NCBI GenBank assembly: GCA_034676525.1
Contig: JAUCCA010000012.1
Coordinates: 417,033 to 481,032, forward strand
Length of the DNA stretch: 64,000 bases
From: Giesbergeria sp.
GTDB taxonomy: Bacteria > Pseudomonadota > Gammaproteobacteria > Burkholderiales > Burkholderiaceae_C
Reading direction: 5' to 3'
Shown: one piece after another, positions 27,308 through 38,777 of the stretch
How the letters are laid out: every line of letters begins with the position of its first letter
Position numbering within the stretch: the stretch's first letter is position 1
Made by a program: the position numbers and the translations under genes
The notes under the pieces: model-generated
Seen by the model: the letters and a program-made list of their open reading frames with translations, nothing else
Told to the model about the DNA's origin: nothing
The model's database searches: none

Positions 27308-27659
27308 GGACGCCGCCCGCCGGAAGCACCGTGCGTTCAAAGTGGCGTCTGATGTGAGCGCAAGCGCCTTCGCACAGCAGGTCTGCAGGGCTGTCCGTGC
27401 GCCTGTACCAAGCGCGCTGGCCGCGCATCTCTCGCAGCACCAAGCCATGACGCGCCAAGAGCGCCAGGTGACGAGACGCATTGGCCACGCTGCAGCCACA
27501 GCGCTGCGCCAATTCGCCCACCGTGCATTCGCCCATGCCGAGCGAACGCAGCAGTTGAAGCCGCGTCGGCTCCCCGAGCAAGCGGAAAGTCGCTGCAAGT
27601 TGCGCTATGTCGCAACCGGCTCGCGTGCAGTCTGGTTTCATGGCGTTGTGCATTCGCAA
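27294..27659 (-). CDS. ArsR/SmtB-family repressor, Cys-rich
   Basis: FRLLGEPTRLQLL...TVGELA...SVANASRHLALL...GLV; seven Cys including C-terminal LCEGAC. Start may be 27641. Confidence 0.85.
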   Translation of the reverse strand: MRMHNAMKPDCTRAGCDIAQLAATFRLLGEPTRLQLLRSLGMGECTVGELAQRCGCSVANASRHLALLARHGLVLREMRGQRAWYRRTDSPADLLCEGACAHIRRHFERTVLPAGGVLNPA

Positions 27660-27758
27660 ATCAACTTATTGACTATTTAGTTGTTTGCGCAAATAATAGC
27701 CTAAGACTTTCCGATTGGCCAATCCACTGCGTTGCGGTGAGATGTAAGAACGAGAAAC

Positions 27759-28797
27759 ATGCAGCACCTCCCCCTCTTTCATAAAAGCACTGGCAATCGC
27801 GCTTGCACTGCTTGGAACAGCCAGTGCAGCCGACCTTCAGACCGCCCCCGCGCAAGCGGCAGCGCTCGGTGGTCGCACCGGGTTTGACGGTGTCGTCGAA
27901 GCCGTGCGCCAGACCGTGGTGGCCGCTCAGACTCCTGGTGCCGTGGTCGAGCTCAACGTGAAGGTGGGCGACCACGTCAAAGCCGGGCAGTTGCTGCTGC
28001 GCATCGACGCGCGCGCGGCCGACCAGAGCGCCGCCGCGAGCGACGCCCAAGTGCAGGCTGCCCGGGCATCACTCGATGTCGCCACGCGCAGCTACGAGCG
28101 GCAAAAGCAGTTGTTCCAGAAGAAGTACATCAGCCAGTCGGCGCTGGACCAGGCCGAGTCCAGCTACAAAGCCGCGCGCGCCCAGGTGGCGGCTCAGGCG
28201 GCGCAGGCCGGTGCTGCGCGCACGGGCGCTGCCCTCAGCACCGTACGCGCGCCCTACGCAGGCATCGTGGCCGAAGTGCCAGTGCAGTTGGGCGACATGG
28301 CCATGCCCGGCCGCACCCTGCTCTCGCTCTACGACCCCAGCAGTCTGCGGGTAACGGCGGCTGTGCCGCAGTCGCTGTCGCCAGGCGCGCAATCGGACAC
28401 CGTGCGTGTGGAATTGCCCGGTTTGCCCGCCGCGCAGCAATGGCCCCAAGCGACGCGCGTGCAGGTGCTACCCACCATCGACGCTGCCACGCATACCGTG
28501 CAGGTGCGCGCCGAGCTGGCCGCCAGCGTGCAGGGCGCCGTGCCCGGCATGTTTGCCCGCCTGTGGTTGCCGGTCGTCGATACCGGCGAGACAGACAAGA
28601 GAGTGACCGTTCCGGTCTCGGCCATCGTGCGCCGCGCGGAAATGACGGGACTGTACGTGCAGGACGCCAATGGCAAGCCGCTGCTGCGTCAGGTGCGCCT
28701 GGGACGCACTGAAGGCGACCGCGTCGAAGTGCTCAGTGGCGTGGCGCCGGGTGATGCGGTGGTGCTCGACCCGCAGGCCGCCACCCGCGCACGCTAA
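27759..28797 (+). pseudogene. RND periplasmic adaptor with a 1-nt insertion near 27770-27779 in the signal peptide
   Basis: ATG 27759 stops early. The adaptor frame (FIKALAIALALLGTASA...VEAVRQTVVAAQTPG) is bounded by TAA 27745-27747 and has no start until GTG 27904. Removing one C or T restores MQHLP(L/S)FIKALA. Confidence 0.75.
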
Positions 28798-28807
28798 AGG
28801 TCTCGAC

Positions 28808-31800
28808 ATGCAAGAGCAGAAGCACAAGCACATGGGAATCTCAGGGCGCATTGCGGCGTTCTTTCAGGGAGCGCAAATCACGCCGCTGCTGGCCCTGGTG
28901 GCGCTGCTGCTTGGCGCATTCGCCGTGCTGGTGACACCGCGCGAGGAAGAGCCGCAGATCAACGTCACCATGGCCAACGTGCTGATTCCGTTCCCCGGCG
29001 CCAGCGTGCGTGACGTGGAGCAGATGGTCGCCATTCCCGCCGAGCAGGTGCTCTCGCAAATCACCGGCGCCGAGCATGTGATGTCGCTCTCGCACCCCGG
29101 CATGGCGATTCTTACGGTGCAGTTCAAGGTGGGCGTTCCGCGCACCGAGGCGCTGGTGCGCCTGTACGACACCGTCAACTCCAACGCCGACTGGCTGCCC
29201 AAGGGCCTGGGCGTGATGGACCCGATCGTCAAGCCCAAGGGCATTGACGATGTGCCCATCGTCTCGCTCACGCTGTTCAGCGACCAGCAGGAGACCGGCG
29301 CCTTTGACCTGGAGCGCGTGGCGCACAGCGTGGAAGCCGACTTGAAGCGCGTGCCCGGCACGCGCGAAGTCACCACCATCAACGGCCCCGGCCGCGCCGT
29401 GATGGTGGAGCTCGACCCTGCCCGCATGGCCGGTATGGGCGTGACGGTGGCCGACCTGCGCATGGCGCTGCAGTCGGCCAACCTGGGCCTGCCTGTGGGC
29501 GAGTTGCTGGGCGGCAACCGCTCAGTAGCGATCGAATCGGGCCCTTTCCTGCGCGATGCCAGCGAGGTGGCCGACCTGGTGGTCGGCGTGCGCGGCGGCA
29601 AGCCCGTGTTTCTGCGCGAAGTGGCCCAGGTGCGCGACGGCGCGCCGCCGCCCAGCCGCTATGTGTGGCACGGCACGGCGGGCGAGAAGGCGGCGGAGTT
29701 TCCGGCTGTCACCATTGCCATCACCAAGAAGCCGGGCGAGAACGCCATCGACGTCGCCAACGCCGTGATGTCGCGGGTCGAAGCCCTGAAGAACACGGTG
29801 ATTCCAGCCGCTGTGCAAGTGGCCGAGACGCGCAACTACGGCGCCACCGCCAACGACAAGGCGCAAAAACTCATTCAGAAGCTGCTGTTCGCCACCGCAT
29901 CGGTGGTGGCGCTGGTGTTTATCGCACTGGGGCGGCGCGAGGCCGCCATCGTCGGCACCGCCGTGGTGCTGACGCTCACCGCCACGCTGTTTGCATCCTG
30001 GGCCTGGGGCTTCACGCTAAACCGCGTGTCGCTGTTTGCGCTGATCTTCTCCATCGGCATCTTGGTGGACGACGCCATCGTGGTGGTGGAAAACATCCAC
30101 CGCCACCAAAAATTAGAACCGGGCAAAACGCTGGCGCAGATCATTCCCGGCGCGGTGGACGAAGTCGGCGGCCCCACCATCCTCGCCACGTTCACCGTGA
30201 TTGCCGCGCTGCTGCCCATGGCGTTTGTCTCGGGGCTGATGGGCCCGTACATGAGCCCCATCCCGATCAACGCCAGCATGGGCATGCTGCTCTCCTTGGC
30301 GATTGCCTTTGTGGTTACGCCCTGGCTGGCACGCCTGTGGATGAAGCCGCACCATGGCTCGGATGCCGAAGGCCACGCCGCACCTTCGGGCATGGCACGG
30401 CGCATCACGCCGCTGTTCACACGCATTTTTACGCCGCTGCTTGACGAAAAACGCGGCGGGCGCAACCGAGGCTTGCTGGGGCTGGGCGTGGCGCTGCTGA
30501 TCGCCATCTCGGTGGCGATGCCCGCCACCGGGCTGGTGCTGCTCAAGATGCTGCCGTTTGACAACAAATCAGAATTCCAGGTGGTGGTGGACATGCCCGC
30601 CGGCACACCGGTGGAGCGCACCGCTGCGCTGATGCACGAGTTGGGCGCATACCTCGCGACGGTGCCCGAGGTGACCGACTACCAGGCCTATGCCGGCACG
30701 GCAGCACCCATCAACTTCAACGGTCTGGTGCGCCAGTACTACCTGCGCGCAAGCGGCGAGGTGGGCGACATTCAGGTCAACCTGGTGGACAAGCACGACC
30801 GCCACGACCAAAGCCACGCCATTGCCACGCGTGTGCGCCCGCCACTGCAGACAATAGCCAAGCGCTTTGGCGGCAACGTGAAAGTGGTCGAAGTGCCGCC
30901 CGGCCCGCCGGTGCTTTCACCCATCGTGGCGGAAATTTATGGACCTGAGGCCGAAGGCCGCCGCAAGGTGGCCAAGGCGGTACGCAGCGTGTTCGACAAA
31001 GCCGAAGGTCTGGTGGACGTGGACGACAGCAGCATCGCCGACGCCCCGCGCACCGTGCTGCTGGTCGACCGGCGCAAGGCCGCCATGCTGGGCGTGCCTC
31101 AGCAGGCCATTGTGACCACGCTGCGCGCCGGGCTGGCGGGTGAAGCGGTGGCCTATTTGCACGACCAGAGCAAGTACCCAGCCGCAGCCACGCTGCAACT
31201 GCCGCCGGAGCAACAAGGCAACCTGGCTGCGCTGCTTCAGCTCACGGTGCGCTCGGCCAGCGGTGCGCTGGTTCCGATTCGCGAGCTGGTCAACGTGAGC
31301 GACCAGCTCCGCGAGCAGCCGATCCACCACAAGGATTTGCTGCCCGTGAACTACGTGCTCGCCGACATGGCCGGCAAGGTGGACAGCCCGCTCTACGGCA
31401 TGTTCGAGATGCGCGGCGACATCGCCCAGCTCGCCATGCCCGACGGCGGAAAGCTGGAGGAATATTTCATCAGCCAGCCGCAGGACGCCTGGCGCGGCTA
31501 CGCGCTCAAGTGGGACGGCGAGTGGCAGATCACCTACGAGACCTTCCGCGACATGGGCGCCGCCTACGCCGTGGGCCTGATCCTGATCTACTTGCTGGTG
31601 GTGGCGCAGTTCGGCAGCTACCTCACGCCGCTGATCATCATGGCGCCCATTCCGCTGACCATCATTGGTGTGATGCCGGGCCACGCGCTGCTGGGCGCGC
31701 AGTACACCGCCACCAGCATGATCGGGATGATTGCGCTGGCCGGCATCATCGTGCGCAACTCCATTCTGCTGGTGGACTTCATCAACCTGCAGGTGCGAAG

Positions 31801-32071
31801 CGGCGTTGAGTTCAGGCAGGCCATCATCCACTCGGCCATCACCCGCGCGCAGCCCATCGTGCTCACGGGCCTGGCCGCCATGCTGGGGGCGTTCTTCATT
31901 CTGGACGACCCGATTTTCAACGGCCTGGCGATTTCGCTGATCTTCGGCATCGCCGTCTCCACGCTCCTCACGCTGGTGGTCATTCCCACCCTGTACTACG
32001 CGGCGTACCGCAAACGTCTGCACCGGCTGTTGCCGCCGGCGGCAGACGTGGAAACGCTATCCCATTCATAG
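28808..32071 (+). CDS. RND efflux transporter permease (AcrB/AcrD/AcrF family)
   Basis: PREEEPQI, SIGILVDDAIVVVEN, GIIVRNSILLVDF and RAQPIVLT. Confidence 0.93.
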   Translation: MQEQKHKHMGISGRIAAFFQGAQITPLLALVALLLGAFAVLVTPREEEPQINVTMANVLIPFPGASVRDVEQMVAIPAEQVLSQITGAEHVMSLSHPGMAILTVQFKVGVPRTEALVRLYDTVNSNADWLPKGLGVMDPIVKPKGIDDVPIVSLTLFSDQQETGAFDLERVAHSVEADLKRVPGTREVTTINGPGRAVMVELDPARMAGMGVTVADLRMALQSANLGLPVGELLGGNRSVAIESGPFLRDASEVADLVVGVRGGKPVFLREVAQVRDGAPPPSRYVWHGTAGEKAAEFPAVTIAITKKPGENAIDVANAVMSRVEALKNTVIPAAVQVAETRNYGATANDKAQKLIQKLLFATASVVALVFIALGRREAAIVGTAVVLTLTATLFASWAWGFTLNRVSLFALIFSIGILVDDAIVVVENIHRHQKLEPGKTLAQIIPGAVDEVGGPTILATFTVIAALLPMAFVSGLMGPYMSPIPINASMGMLLSLAIAFVVTPWLARLWMKPHHGSDAEGHAAPSGMARRITPLFTRIFTPLLDEKRGGRNRGLLGLGVALLIAISVAMPATGLVLLKMLPFDNKSEFQVVVDMPAGTPVERTAALMHELGAYLATVPEVTDYQAYAGTAAPINFNGLVRQYYLRASGEVGDIQVNLVDKHDRHDQSHAIATRVRPPLQTIAKRFGGNVKVVEVPPGPPVLSPIVAEIYGPEAEGRRKVAKAVRSVFDKAEGLVDVDDSSIADAPRTVLLVDRRKAAMLGVPQQAIVTTLRAGLAGEAVAYLHDQSKYPAAATLQLPPEQQGNLAALLQLTVRSASGALVPIRELVNVSDQLREQPIHHKDLLPVNYVLADMAGKVDSPLYGMFEMRGDIAQLAMPDGGKLEEYFISQPQDAWRGYALKWDGEWQITYETFRDMGAAYAVGLILIYLLVVAQFGSYLTPLIIMAPIPLTIIGVMPGHALLGAQYTATSMIGMIALAGIIVRNSILLVDFINLQVRSGVEFRQAIIHSAITRAQPIVLTGLAAMLGAFFILDDPIFNGLAISLIFGIAVSTLLTLVVIPTLYYAAYRKRLHRLLPPAADVETLSHS

Positions 32072-32110
32072 CTACTGGCGCTTACCAAATAAGCGCTAAA
32101 GCACCATTTG
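32068..32110 (+). repeat. REP-like repeat, copy 2 (supplies the stop codon of the RND gene)
   Basis: ATAGCTACTGGCGCTTACCAAATAAGCGCTAAAGC; the TAG at 32069-32071 ends the ORF. Confidence 0.8.
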
Positions 32111-32120
32111 ATTGATAAAA

Positions 32121-32483
32121 ATGACCCGAAATTACCTAGACCTGACCCGCGAAATTTCGACCGAAGTGCACAAGCTTCGCGCCGACATCCCCGACACCTT
32201 GCGCGGCTTTTCCGCCATGGCGCAAGCCGCCGGTCAACCCGGCGTGCTGGACGCCAAAACCAAGGAGCTGATCGCCATGGCGTTGTCGGTTTCCTCGCGC
32301 TGCGACCCCTGCATTGGCTTCCACGCACAGGCCCTGGTGAAGTTCGGCGCCAGCCGCGCCGAGCTGGCCGAGATGCTGGGCATGGCGGTTTACATGGGCG
32401 GCGGGCCGTCGCTGATGTACGCCGCCAAAGCCTCGGCCGCTTTTGATGAATTTGCCGCCCTGGCCGCGCCGGCCACGGCCTGA
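32121..32483 (+). CDS. AhpD/carboxymuconolactone decarboxylase-family protein
   Basis: LDAKTKELIA...RCDPCIGFH (CxxC plus His), YMGGGP. Confidence 0.88.
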   Translation: MTRNYLDLTREISTEVHKLRADIPDTLRGFSAMAQAAGQPGVLDAKTKELIAMALSVSSRCDPCIGFHAQALVKFGASRAELAEMLGMAVYMGGGPSLMYAAKASAAFDEFAALAAPATA

Positions 32484-32502
32484 CCTCCCCGGAGAAACCT
32501 GC

Positions 32503-33912
32503 ATGCCCCGCCAGCGCCTCACCGCCCACGCCGCCGCAGTTGCACTCGCCGCCGCCAGCCTCTGGGGCGCAGCGCCGCAAGCGCAGGCCGCCGACCTGGC
32601 GGCCGCGTTTGCCGCCGCCGAGCAGCACGACCGCAGCTACGCCGCCGAACGCGCTGCGCACGACACAGCGCAACCCCGGCGCGACCAAGCCGCCGCGCTG
32701 TGGCGGCCCGGGGTGCAGTTCCAGGCGACGGCTGGCCTGGGCAGCAGCGAGACCGACACGCGCGGTGCGCAATTTGGCGCACCGGGCCTCGGCACGTCGC
32801 AGGGTGTGGATTTCTCCACCTCGGTGAACGGCGGCGCCAGTACCCGCTGGGCGCTGCAGGCGAGCCAGCCGCTCTACAACCCACAACGCCGCGCGCAGCA
32901 GCGCCAGCTCAACACCGCTGCCGAAGTCGCAGAGCGCAGCTGGCAGGTGGCGGGCCAGCAATTGGCCCAGCGCGTAGCCCAGGCCTGGTTTGGCCTGGCG
33001 CTGTCGCGCGAATCGCTGGCCGTGCTCGATGCGCAGCTTGCGGCCGTGCAGCGCATCAGCCAGGAGGCGCAAGACCGCTACGACCTGGGCGACGCCCCCA
33101 TCACCGCCACGCACGAAGCGCGCGCCCGCTTGGCGCTGCTGCGCGCCCAGCGACTGGCCGCGCAAAACGACATAGCCGTGAAAGAGCGCGCACTCACCGA
33201 CCTGACAGGCCTGCCCGTTGCGGCCCTCGACGCAAAAGCCCCCACCCACGTGGCGGCCAACGCCACGCCGCTGCCGGCATGGCAGGCCGAGGCTGAGGCC
33301 CAGAACCTGCAACTTCAACTGCAACAACTGGCTGTGGACAACGCGCAGGCCGCCGCCGACCGCCTGCGCGCGGGCAGCAGCACGACCGTGGACCTGGTCG
33401 CCCAAGTGGGGCAAGAGCGCATCCACGGCAGCGGCGACTACGGCAGGGCACGTAATAGGGCGACGAATGCCCTAGTGGGCGTGCAGATCACGGTACCGTT
33501 GTGGACCGGCGGCATGCAAAGCGCCCGTGAGCGCGAAGCCATTGCGTTGCTGGAAAAGGAGCGCGCAACGCTGGACGCCACGCGCGAACAGGTGGCACGC
33601 GATGTCCACACCGCCTGGCTGCAACTGGCCACCGGCGCCGAGCGCGTGCGCGCACTGGCCGAAGCGCACTCCGCCAGCAGCGAGCGCCTGAACGCCACCC
33701 AACTCGGCCAAGAGGTGGGCGACCGCACGCTGTTGGATGTGCTTACTGCCCAAAACGACCAAGCCGCAGCGCGCCTGCAACTGGCCCAGGCGCGCACCGA
33801 ATGGCTGCTCGCCCGCCTGCAACTGGCCACGCTCAGCGGTCGCCCTGGCAACGCCGCGCTGCAAGCCCTGAACGCCGCCATGACCGAATCCGGTACGCAG
33901 CCCACCCACTGA
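32503..33912 (+). CDS. TolC-family outer-membrane channel
   Basis: Signal peptide, ASQPLYN, QITVPLWTGG and GDRTLLDVL. Confidence 0.88.
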   Translation: MPRQRLTAHAAAVALAAASLWGAAPQAQAADLAAAFAAAEQHDRSYAAERAAHDTAQPRRDQAAALWRPGVQFQATAGLGSSETDTRGAQFGAPGLGTSQGVDFSTSVNGGASTRWALQASQPLYNPQRRAQQRQLNTAAEVAERSWQVAGQQLAQRVAQAWFGLALSRESLAVLDAQLAAVQRISQEAQDRYDLGDAPITATHEARARLALLRAQRLAAQNDIAVKERALTDLTGLPVAALDAKAPTHVAANATPLPAWQAEAEAQNLQLQLQQLAVDNAQAAADRLRAGSSTTVDLVAQVGQERIHGSGDYGRARNRATNALVGVQITVPLWTGGMQSAREREAIALLEKERATLDATREQVARDVHTAWLQLATGAERVRALAEAHSASSERLNATQLGQEVGDRTLLDVLTAQNDQAAARLQLAQARTEWLLARLQLATLSGRPGNAALQALNAAMTESGTQPTH

Positions 33913-35244
<1,332 letters not shown>

Positions 35245-35271
35245 CGCGCAACCGCCGTCACTCTCAAATCA

Positions 35272-35314
35272 ATAGCTGCTAGCGATTACCCTATAAGCGC
35301 TAGAGGCCATTTTT
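35272..35314 (+). repeat. REP-like repeat, copy 3
   Basis: ATAGCTGCTAGCGATTACCCTATAAGCGCTAGAGGCC. Confidence 0.8.
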
Positions 35315-35335
35315 ACCCTAAATCTGGAGATTCCC

Positions 35336-35749
35336 ATGAACCCGCCCTATGCCTTCGCTATCACCATTGCCCAGCCACTCGCACAGGCGGTGGAGACGCT
35401 CCGCGCGGCCTTGGCCGCCGAGCAAATGGGCATCGTCAGCGAAGTGGACATGCAGGCCACGCTCAAAGCCAAGCTCGGCATCGACAGTGCGCCGCAGCGC
35501 ATTCTCGGCGTGTGCTCGCCCAAGGTGGCGCACGCGCTGGTCACAGCCGAACCCGACATCGCCGCACTGCTGCCCTGCGGCGCCAGCGCGCTGGAGGCCA
35601 CGCCCGGCCAGACCCGCGTGCTGCTGCAAGACCCGCGCGTCATCCTCACGGCCAGCGCCAGCCAGGACCCAGCCGTCAAGGCGGTACTGGAAGAAGCCCG
35701 CGTCGCCGTGCTGCGCGTGGTGGCGGCCTTGGGCGGCCACGCGAGCTGA
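35336..35749 (+). CDS. DUF302 domain protein
   Basis: GIVSEVDMQATLKAKL...ILGVCSP...AALLPC pattern. Confidence 0.85.
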   Translation: MNPPYAFAITIAQPLAQAVETLRAALAAEQMGIVSEVDMQATLKAKLGIDSAPQRILGVCSPKVAHALVTAEPDIAALLPCGASALEATPGQTRVLLQDPRVILTASASQDPAVKAVLEEARVAVLRVVAALGGHAS

Positions 35750-35752
35750 CCC

Positions 35753-36889
35753 ATGGCCACCGCCGCACGCATCACCATCCTGGGCAGCGGCTTTGGCGCC
35801 CTGTCTGCGGTGCGCGAACTGCGCGCTCGGGGCTGCCAGGGCGACATCACCCTCATCTCGCCCCGCGCCGAGCTGCACTACCTGCCCGGCATCATCTGGA
35901 TCCCCAGCGGCCTGCGCACGCGCGAGCAGCTCATCGTGCCGCTGGCGCCGTTTTTTGCACGGACCAAGGTGCGCCACCTCTGCGCCGAGGTCACGGGCCT
36001 CTCCCCCGATGGCCGCAGCGTGCAGACCACTTCCGGCGAGGTGGCGAACGACGCGCTGGTGATTGCCACCGGCGGCCGCTTCATCAAAAAGCTCCCCGGC
36101 ATAGAACACGCCATCACGCCCTGCGAAGGCATTGCGGCAGCCGAAAAGATTCGCGACCGCCTAAAGGCCATGAGCTTCGGCACCATTGCCGTCGGCTTCG
36201 CCGGCAACCCCAAGGAGCCAACCGCCGTGCGCGGCGGGCCCATGTTCGAGTTCCTCTTCGGCATCGACGCGCAACTGCGCAGCGAGGGCCGGCGCGAGCA
36301 GTTCAAGCTGGTGTTCTTCAACCCCTCCAAAGAACCCGGCGCCCGCCTCGGCGCCAAGGCCGTCGCCCACCTGCTGGCCGAAATGGCGCGCCGCAACATC
36401 ACCACGCACCTGGGCCACAAGATGGTCCGCTTCGAGGCCGACAAGGTGGTGACCGAAGGCGGCGAATTTTCGGCTGATTTGATTTTGTTCATGCCCGGCA
36501 TGACCGGCAACGCCTGGTTCGACGAAACCACCCTGCCGCGCTCACCCGGCGGCCTGCTCCAGGCCGACGCCCAGTGCCGGGTGGCGGGATTCGATCATGT
36601 TTATGTAGCGGGCGACTCCGGCAGTTTCCCCGGCCCCGACTGGATGCCCAAGCAGGCGCATATGGCAGACCTGCAGGCCGCCGCTGCCGCACAAAACCTG
36701 ATCGACGGCCTGGCCGGGCGCCCGCAGACGGCGGGCTTCAAGGCGGAGCTGGCTTGCATCATTGATGCGTTGGGGACCGGGACGCTCGTGTGGCGCACTG
36801 AGGAGCGCAATGTGCTACTGCCGCCTCTGCGGCTGATGCACTGGGCGAAGCGGGGGTTTGAGCGGCGGTATTTGGGGCGTTATCGGTAG
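35753..36889 (+). CDS. sqrF: Sulfide:quinone oxidoreductase, type VI
   Basis: 378 aa. Cys124, Cys275 and Cys335, a uniform +3 offset from the recalled Cys121/272/332 of Thiocapsa SqrF. Lacks the type I second Cys (AVRGGPMFE). Confidence 0.78.
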   Translation: MATAARITILGSGFGALSAVRELRARGCQGDITLISPRAELHYLPGIIWIPSGLRTREQLIVPLAPFFARTKVRHLCAEVTGLSPDGRSVQTTSGEVANDALVIATGGRFIKKLPGIEHAITPCEGIAAAEKIRDRLKAMSFGTIAVGFAGNPKEPTAVRGGPMFEFLFGIDAQLRSEGRREQFKLVFFNPSKEPGARLGAKAVAHLLAEMARRNITTHLGHKMVRFEADKVVTEGGEFSADLILFMPGMTGNAWFDETTLPRSPGGLLQADAQCRVAGFDHVYVAGDSGSFPGPDWMPKQAHMADLQAAAAAQNLIDGLAGRPQTAGFKAELACIIDALGTGTLVWRTEERNVLLPPLRLMHWAKRGFERRYLGRYR

Positions 36890-37043
36890 GAGATCTCGGC
36901 GAGCGCTGCAGACGCATCAGCGTGTCGGACTGGCAATTTGGTGCGCCAACGCTGTTCTGCGAAATGGATTCAAACATGGTACGTTCACCTCCAACAGATC
37001 TTCAAGCGTTGTGAAGCTTGATCGTTCAAGAAAGGTGGAAATC

Positions 37044-37379
37044 ATGGCGCCCAAATGCATCAACGCCGCTTCGCGCATTCTGGTGACGGCGGGCTTTGCG
37101 TTTTGCTCTGCTCTGGCACTGGCGGCGAGCGGTTTTTGGATCGATCAAACACAAGAGGTGTTGGTGACGCCCGGCATGAGCATGTCGCAGGTTCGGCAAA
37201 CACTGGGACATCCGACACGGTTCATCAAATATCGCAACCAGCCTGGCCCTACGTTTACCTACCGGGTGAACGGCACGTTCGACACCCTTTTCGACATTGA
37301 TTTTGACGCGAGTGGTCAGGTGATTTCCACCAGCGAGCGCATCGTTCCTATAGACGCCGGCGGCGACCGCGTTCATTGA
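37044..37379 (+). CDS. Small exported protein, SmpA/OmlA (BamE)-like domain
   Basis: Signal peptide then VTPGMSMSQVRQTLGHP. Confidence 0.65.
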   Translation: MAPKCINAASRILVTAGFAFCSALALAASGFWIDQTQEVLVTPGMSMSQVRQTLGHPTRFIKYRNQPGPTFTYRVNGTFDTLFDIDFDASGQVISTSERIVPIDAGGDRVH

Positions 37380-37714
37380 CAGGGCGCATCCCTAAGCACT
37401 CCATCCGCCCGCCAAAGGGATTTCCGCAATGCACCGGTAGCCAATGGGCAATGAATGGAAGGCGGCGGCAACCTCACGGCGCGCCGCCAGCGCGATCTAG
37501 CCAGCGTCGTCCACAGCGTGCGGTGCTTCTGTTGCCACAGGCGCAGCAACCTTCACCGCGGCATTCTCAGCTCCGGTCGCTGGCATAGAAGACGCGCAGC
37601 AGGGCTATGTATCCTTAATCTGTGCGCAAGGGCGGCGCAGCAGGTCGACCGCATGTCCACGCAACCGCAAGTGACCCACGACGACGTCCAAATTCCCGAC
37701 GCATGCCGAAACAT

Positions 37715-37741
37715 GGAACCTTTCTTCGCCCTGTTCGTTGA
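37715..37741 (+). promoter_or_regulatory. ECF-sigma promoter (autoregulatory candidate)
   Basis: GGAAC-N16-CGTTGA; identical spacing at 39278-39304. Confidence 0.65.
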
Positions 37742-37755
37742 CACTTGCAACGACC

Positions 37756-38310
37756 ATGAGATCCCTCCGCCATCTTGACGACGAAGCGTGCGCCGCCAAG
37801 GCGCAGCGGGGCGATGTGGCTGCGTTTTCAGCTTTGGTGGCGCGCTACCAGGACCGCATCTACCGCTTCCTGGTGCGCCTCACGCGATCGCAGGACGATG
37901 CAATGGAATTGACCCAAGAGACCTTTTTAAGCGCTCACCAGGCATTGGAGCGCTGGCGACCAGATGCGCGCTTTACCACCTGGTTGTTCCGCATCGCGCG
38001 CAACCAGGCGTTTGACTGGTTGCGCCGGAGGAAGCTCGTGGAGTTCGTCGCTTTGGAGGACGATCAGGACCTCGGCATCGAAGACCCAGCCCCCACACCC
38101 GACGCCGTGCTGGAGACGGTGCAGCGCTTCCAGGGGCTCGAACGGGCGCTGGCACGGCTGCCTGCGGAGCACCGGGAAATCCTGCTGCTGCGGGAAATCG
38201 AAGAGCTGTCTTACGACGAAATCGCTGAAGTTCTGGACATCAGCCTGGGCACCGTGAAATCGCGCATCGCCCGTGCGCGCACCGGATTGCTGGAAAAAAT
38301 GCCGCGCTGA
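37756..38310 (+). CDS. ECF RNA polymerase sigma factor
   Basis: DAMELTQETF, FTTWLFRIARN, LSYDEIAEVL and GTVKSRIARAR. Confidence 0.93.
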   Translation: MRSLRHLDDEACAAKAQRGDVAAFSALVARYQDRIYRFLVRLTRSQDDAMELTQETFLSAHQALERWRPDARFTTWLFRIARNQAFDWLRRRKLVEFVALEDDQDLGIEDPAPTPDAVLETVQRFQGLERALARLPAEHREILLLREIEELSYDEIAEVLDISLGTVKSRIARARTGLLEKMPR

Positions 38311-38324
38311 AAGGACGAAACACC

Positions 38325-38777
38325 ATGCCTTGCCCCCAACACGAAGCACTGTCTGCTTACGCAGACCACATGATGAAGCCAGGCGAGCGCGCCCGGTTTC
38401 AACAGCATCTGAACGTCTGCCCCATCTGTGAGCAGCAGCTTGATGACATCCAGGCCCTGCGGCAGACGCTGCACGCGCTGGCCTCGCCCACGCTGGGGTT
38501 TGACCTTGCCTCCCGTCTGGAGGGCAAGCTGCAGCGCAAGCCCGAACGTCGCCAGCGGCCATGGTCTGCGCTGTGGGGCGGTTCCGGTTGGATGCCCACT
38601 GGGCTCACGGCGGGCGTAGCGCTGGTCTCGGGTGTCTGGCTCGGTGGACTGCTGCTCGGCGGTGGCACTGCAACGGTCGCCAATCCCGTACAGATGGTGC
38701 GCGTGTTCGACCCTGTTCCGCCAGGTGGCCTGTGCGCTGCCGCGGAACTTTGCCGCTTCTCGAAAGGAAGGCCATGA
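38325..38777 (+). CDS. Anti-sigma factor with zinc-binding (zf-HC2/ZAS) domain and TM helix
   Basis: LSAYAD...HLNVCPIC (HxxxCxxC) followed by a TM segment. Confidence 0.87.
   Translation: MPCPQHEALSAYADHMMKPGERARFQQHLNVCPICEQQLDDIQALRQTLHALASPTLGFDLASRLEGKLQRKPERRQRPWSALWGGSGWMPTGLTAGVALVSGVWLGGLLLGGGTATVANPVQMVRVFDPVPPGGLCAAAELCRFSKGRP

Noticed and set aside
37018-37029. TTGA-N4-TCAA palindrome as an FNR box
   Set aside because: Two bases too short for TTGAT-N4-ATCAA and it abuts the RBS.
37380-37714. Possible small gene or riboswitch upstream of the ECF sigma gene
   Set aside because: No frame gave a recognisable product and no known riboswitch consensus was visible.
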